Of a stretch of DNA of 64,000 nucleotides, positions 59,953-64,000 are shown piece after piece. The position numbers and the translations under genes were made by a program. The notes beneath the pieces are model-generated. The model did no database searches. It was not told the DNA's origin and saw only the letters and a list, made by a program, of their open reading frames with translations. How positions within the stretch are numbered: position 1 is the stretch's first letter; each line of letters opens with the position of its first letter. The DNA is from an uncultured Flavobacteriaceae bacterium (GTDB taxonomy: Bacteria; Bacteroidota; Bacteroidia; Flavobacteriales; Flavobacteriaceae): positions 729,246-793,245 of the forward strand of contig CANNAN010000001.1 of NCBI GenBank assembly GCA_947502635.1, in the 5' to 3' direction.

Positions 59953-61053
59953 CTAGAAATCTATATCATCCCCAGCTTTTACAGAAGCAAATTCGGTATT
60001 GTATTTTTCCATAAGCTCACCCATTTTTACAGCTAAACGCGTATCTGTAGCCATTTTTGGGGCCCAGTGCGCCCCTACAGAACTCCAATCGGTAACTGTA
60101 AGGCCATATTCTTGTAAAATAGAGGCAGCATCTTTACCTTGTGTAGCTCCCATATTTTGATGACACATAATTTTAATATATAGATCAAAATCTTCCAAAA
60201 CTCCTTGTAAGGCATTGTTGTTATTTGACACACTTGGCTCTGAATCCTGATTGGTTGCTGCGTTTGCAAACTTTCCGATATTTGAATTCATAAATGCATC
60301 TCCGTATACTTTAGAGATAGCAAAGGTGGTATCTTGAGACATTCTTGCGTTCCACTCAGCAGAGACTTCATCCCAAATTGGTTTTTCGGTTCCTACCACT
60401 TTTAAGACTTCTTCTAGACCCATACCTCCAGCGATTTTCGCATTAGCAGCTGCCCATGTTTCCATATCGATGCCCTTTATAGGATCTAATAATCCGCCTT
60501 CTGTTGCTGCTTCTATATGGGCATCCATTTGGGCATCCAACTTCGCTTTTTGTTCCTTTAATAAATTATCTGATTCATCATATGCTTTGGATTCTGATTC
60601 TTTTAATTTTACGCTAGCTGAATCTACATGATCCTTAATAGAAAATTGTTCATTATTTTTAAACCCATATTTTCGAGCTGCAGTTTCGAAATTCTCACTA
60701 TTCTGAATTTCTTTTAATATGTCTTTGACTTTTTCATATTCTTGCCCTAATTCCTTAGGAAATCCTAGTGTTAATAAACAAGCATTAAGCTTTCTTTCTG
60801 TACCATTAGAAAACTCATTTAAATCAACCCATCCCCCTGTAGTACCATCTGGATATTTTTTATAACATAACCAAGGTTCGATATAACCAATTTTATCTTG
60901 ATCTATATTTGGCCAGGTAAAATCTGCAGCCTCTTGAATGGTATAATCGTAATTTTCAGGACCAATACCATTTTTTGTTTGAATGCCTAAAGCAATTGCT
61001 TTTTGTCCTTGTTCTGTTTTGTCGTGATCTGAAAACTTATGTATTGTACTCAT
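59953..61053 (-). CDS. Uncharacterised protein with two C-terminal helical repeats (DUF6620-like)
   Basis: Repeats with the pattern L..(V/Y)G.....W..V.A.W...M..DT..A. The family name is recalled, not verified. Confidence 0.6.
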   Translation of the reverse strand: MSTIHKFSDHDKTEQGQKAIALGIQTKNGIGPENYDYTIQEAADFTWPNIDQDKIGYIEPWLCYKKYPDGTTGGWVDLNEFSNGTERKLNACLLTLGFPKELGQEYEKVKDILKEIQNSENFETAARKYGFKNNEQFSIKDHVDSASVKLKESESKAYDESDNLLKEQKAKLDAQMDAHIEAATEGGLLDPIKGIDMETWAAANAKIAGGMGLEEVLKVVGTEKPIWDEVSAEWNARMSQDTTFAISKVYGDAFMNSNIGKFANAATNQDSEPSVSNNNNALQGVLEDFDLYIKIMCHQNMGATQGKDAASILQEYGLTVTDWSSVGAHWAPKMATDTRLAVKMGELMEKYNTEFASVKAGDDIDF

Positions 61054-61084
61054 AGTATTAAATTTTAAGATTTATTTTTTGATT

Positions 61085-62113
61085 TTAAAATTGTGATAAT
61101 ATTTCTTGCTTTTTCTGCTTGTATTCTTGTTCATCTATAAACCCTGCCTCGAACATTTTTTTGAGTTTTTCGAGTTTTTGCATGGGGTCATCAGCTTGTG
61201 GAGTGGGGTTTTGCTGTTGAGGAGGCTGTTGTTGCTGGTTATTTTGGTTAGTCATCATGTTACCCATCATTTGTCCCATGCCTAATCCAGCTCCCATTTG
61301 CATACCAATATTACCTCCACCTTCGTTTTTAGCCATATTTTTAAGCGCTTCTAGTTGCTGGTAATCTTGATAGCTAACACCAAGTTCTTTCATTGCTTGA
61401 GCTTCTGCACTCATATCAGCAATTCTACCTATTCTTGTCTTGGTTTCTTCATCAAAACTGGTGCCTTCTATTCTAAAATCGAGTAATTCAAATCCAAGTT
61501 CATCAAAAATGGTGGTGCTTGATGTTTTAGAAAATGATGCAATTTCATTACGATGTTTATCAATTTCTGTATAACTAAAAGAAGCGTTGGCAAGAAAATC
61601 ACTAATAGGCTGGGTAATTCTAGATAATATGACTTTTTGTATTGCTTTTACAGGGTAATAATCGTCACCTGCTATGACATTGGAAAAGAAATCCACGGGT
61701 TTGGTAATTCTGAATGAAAAGTTACCAAAAGCACCCAATCCTACTGGAAAATTATAAACGGGATCTTTATACGTAATAGGAGAAGGCGTTCCCCAACGGA
61801 TATTTTGCATTTCTGCTTTTCTGTAAAAGAAGAGACCCACTTTATGAGCAGATTCAAACTTATACATAGCATTTTTAATTGTTGTCCAGAAAGGAATATT
61901 TCCAGTCTTAAGATCATAAAGACCTTCTTCTTCAAAAACACCTTCTACTTTACCTTCGTAAACAAAAAGGCATCCTTGTCCTGGATTAATGATAAGCTTA
62001 GAAGCATTTTTGATCTCATCACCGCTTTCGGTCCATTTTTCAAATAGTGTTTCGGGTTTTGGATCTTGCCATTCGATAACCGAACGGAATTGGTTGCTAA
62101 ATGAATTTGACAT
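61085..62113 (-). CDS. SPFH/Band-7 domain protein (YdjI-like) with Q-rich linker and SHOCT tail
   Basis: RSVIEW, IKNASKLII.PGQ, IRWGTPSPITYKDP, GAFGNFSFRI, GMQMGAGLGMG, KLEKLKKMFEAGFIDEQEYKQKKQEIL. Confidence 0.85.
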   Translation of the reverse strand: MSNSFSNQFRSVIEWQDPKPETLFEKWTESGDEIKNASKLIINPGQGCLFVYEGKVEGVFEEEGLYDLKTGNIPFWTTIKNAMYKFESAHKVGLFFYRKAEMQNIRWGTPSPITYKDPVYNFPVGLGAFGNFSFRITKPVDFFSNVIAGDDYYPVKAIQKVILSRITQPISDFLANASFSYTEIDKHRNEIASFSKTSSTTIFDELGFELLDFRIEGTSFDEETKTRIGRIADMSAEAQAMKELGVSYQDYQQLEALKNMAKNEGGGNIGMQMGAGLGMGQMMGNMMTNQNNQQQQPPQQQNPTPQADDPMQKLEKLKKMFEAGFIDEQEYKQKKQEILSQF

Positions 62114-62131
62114 TTTTCTTTTTTTGAGTTA

Positions 62132-62896
62132 TCAATAATTAGTTACTAAAGCTATTTTGGCTTCTAGGTCTTTTTCATATCGATCACCATAATCGGGTAT
62201 GATTTCAATTCTTTTCTTCAGGTAGGCTTCTACATATTTTCGGTATTGCATGGTCAAATGGTCTTTTCCATTTACTTCTCGATCTTCCAAATAGTTTTGA
62301 AACTTAAGCTGCTCATATTGAAGATAGTGTTCGAGAGCCGCTTCTTCTCCCAAGGCATGAATCGCAAAGTGTTCTACGTTTCGAGCCTTAGTTCCTGGTT
62401 CGAAAGTGTTTACAGTTTGACAATATTCACATGTGCTATAATAGGATCTGAAAAAATTATCTTTCACAGGAAGTTTTGCTTGACATTGTGTGCAGCAAAA
62501 GTCTTCAGATAATGTGTCTTTTACTTTCTTTACTAGCATTTTTGCTGCTTCAGCAAAAATTTTAACTTCGTATGATTTGAGTTTTTGTTCCAGATCAAAT
62601 TTGGTATAAAACCCTTTATTTCTTTCTTGAATAAATTGATTTGAATTAAATTCTATTCCTGCATCTTCAAAGGTTTCTCCAACCTTTTCATACCAAACGT
62701 CGTCTATTTTATAAATTAAATCACTGGCTTGAGAGTAAATTCCCTGCCATGCATTATTAAAAGTAGTCGTTTCAAAATCTGTAGCTTCGAATAATAAAGG
62801 TAACGCAGCTTCCGTTTTTTCTAATACTTCTTTAAATCGATCTTCAATTTTTTTAAGAAAACCGTTCCATCTATTTTGAGTTTCACTGAAAGACAT
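62132..62896 (-). CDS. Helical protein with internal zinc ribbon (CTQC...CEYC)
   Basis: CCTQCQA-x12-TCEYCQT. Start re-placed at ATG 62896 (MSFSETQ). Confidence 0.75.
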   Translation of the reverse strand: MSFSETQNRWNGFLKKIEDRFKEVLEKTEAALPLLFEATDFETTTFNNAWQGIYSQASDLIYKIDDVWYEKVGETFEDAGIEFNSNQFIQERNKGFYTKFDLEQKLKSYEVKIFAEAAKMLVKKVKDTLSEDFCCTQCQAKLPVKDNFFRSYYSTCEYCQTVNTFEPGTKARNVEHFAIHALGEEAALEHYLQYEQLKFQNYLEDREVNGKDHLTMQYRKYVEAYLKKRIEIIPDYGDRYEKDLEAKIALVTNY

Positions 62897-62916
62897 ATTT
62901 ATAAGGAAATTATATT

Positions 62917-63117
62917 TTAATAAAATTGGTTTCCGCAAAAATCACAATATTGAAGATCTGTGTCATCAGGCCTGGCTGCTCCACATCCATTACATTTCTT
63001 AGTTTCAAGACCAGCATTTGTTTCTTCATATTTTTTGGTAGAAGCGGTTGCATTGGCGAGAATATCATCCAAAATATTTTTTTCTTTTTTGGGCTTTTCG
63101 TTATTGTTTTCTTCCAT
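62917..63117 (-). CDS. Small zinc-ribbon protein (CNGC...CDFC)
   Basis: 66 aa, ATG start, CxxC-x12-CxxC, 20-nt gap to the next gene. Confidence 0.7.
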   Translation of the reverse strand: MEENNNEKPKKEKNILDDILANATASTKKYEETNAGLETKKCNGCGAARPDDTDLQYCDFCGNQFY

Positions 63118-63310
63118 ATTGAATAGTTGATTTTAAATAGGGTTATCCCTATACTTTCGAATTAAAAAATATAGGAATAACCATATGGTTTAATATTTTA
63201 ATTTATACTTTAACACTTTCTTTAAGTCTGCATTAATTTTAACCATTACTATACTTTTAAGTAATTGTTAAAGTAGCTTCACTGATTTAAAATCAATGAT
63301 CAAAAAAATA

Positions 63311-63730
63311 TTAATAAGGTAAAAATGATAGTGCAATCATAGCAGCACCTACTATTATTCCTATTACTCCTAGCTTACCTTGCTTAGGAGCTAGTTTTGC
63401 TCTTAATTGATTTGCTTTTTCTTGAGCAGCTTCGTTTTTAGATAAGACAAGCTTATTAATCATACCAAAGCCGAGCATAAAACCTAATATGGCTTCAACA
63501 ATATTTCCTGCTAGATAAGTAGACCATCGAATTGGGAACGTAGCCAGCCAGGATACTCCTAAAATTGATGTAATAATTCCCCATACTCCCCAGAAGCAGA
63601 ATATAAGTCCGATCCATCCTTGATAAGGCTCGATTTTTTCCAAAAGTTCTTTGGCGTTAGGTTTTTTAGATAACAATAATGATGGTACTGCTATAATACT
63701 TAATAGAATTAATGTGATTCCCCAGATCAT
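63311..63730 (-). CDS. Four-TM membrane protein
   Basis: 139 aa, PYQGWIG motif, helical cytoplasmic loop [16 protein letters not shown]. Confidence 0.8.
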   Translation of the reverse strand: MIWGITLILLSIIAVPSLLLSKKPNAKELLEKIEPYQGWIGLIFCFWGVWGIITSILGVSWLATFPIRWSTYLAGNIVEAILGFMLGFGMINKLVLSKNEAAQEKANQLRAKLAPKQGKLGVIGIIVGAAMIALSFLPY

Positions 63731-64000
63731 AGTTTTTTAGTTTTAAAGGGTTAGTAATTATTTTTTAATAGAGCAACTTGTTTAAGTAAAAAAATATGTA
63801 TTAGCTTATTCATAATTGCAGTACAAAGATGCGACAGAAGTATTGGTAGGAAAACACCTTTTATAGTGAAAAAGAACACCCTGAAAACAGGGGGGGGGAG
63901 ATTTGCTATTACTTTAAATTATAAAAGTTGGTTAGAGGTTGGAGTGGTGTATGGAACCTATTCTCCATTGAATCTTCGCGTGTCTTAATTAATTGAAAGG

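Noticed and set aside
6045-62512. Numerous 60-170 aa ORFs antisense to or nested in confident genes (e.g. 6045-6293, 6746-7057, 11546-11800, 33218-33631, 38700-39203, 45453-45782, 62246-62512)
   Set aside because: They fully overlap well-supported genes, have no motifs, and show the composition expected of shadow frames.
63140-63182. Hairpin GGTTATCCCTATA/TATAGGAATAACC as a terminator splitting the SPFH operon
   Set aside because: No U-tract follows on the coding strand. It could be a processing or stabilising stem, but a terminator call is unsupported.

Overview
Core-chromosome segment of an AT-rich Bacteroidota bacterium, most likely a Flavobacteriaceae member. This is inferred from TAnnTTTG promoter boxes, a T9SS C-terminal sorting domain, a Bacteroidetes-type Rho with a long N-terminal insertion, and the folP-cdaA arrangement. 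Housekeeping genes (cobB, DEAD-box helicase, pepD, yidD, cysS, folE, proS, tRNA-Glu, rpsT, rho, truA, cdaA, folP, tpiA, prmA, clpS, tRNA-Arg) are interrupted by accessory genes. The most notable observations are: (1) several solitary accessory genes (an HD-phosphohydrolase/HSP90-like ATPase fusion, two lipoproteins, a YrhB/Imm35-like protein) are bounded by imperfect hairpins with AAC...GTT ends resembling integron attC sites, two of these are homologous to each other, and a decayed tyrosine-recombinase fragment lies at 59.6 kb; (2) a five-gene uncharacterised operon encoding a membrane protein, two zinc-ribbon proteins, an SPFH-SHOCT protein and an internal-repeat protein; (3) a dedicated exosortase module with a small Lys/Cys-rich PxDGG-sorted substrate; (4) a Crp/Fnr-controlled sulfur-handling cluster with two identically spaced TGTGA-N6-TCACA boxes; (5) a five-GAF sigma-54 activator cluster next to tRNA-Arg. 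All family assignments come from visible motifs and recalled family features; no searches were run.
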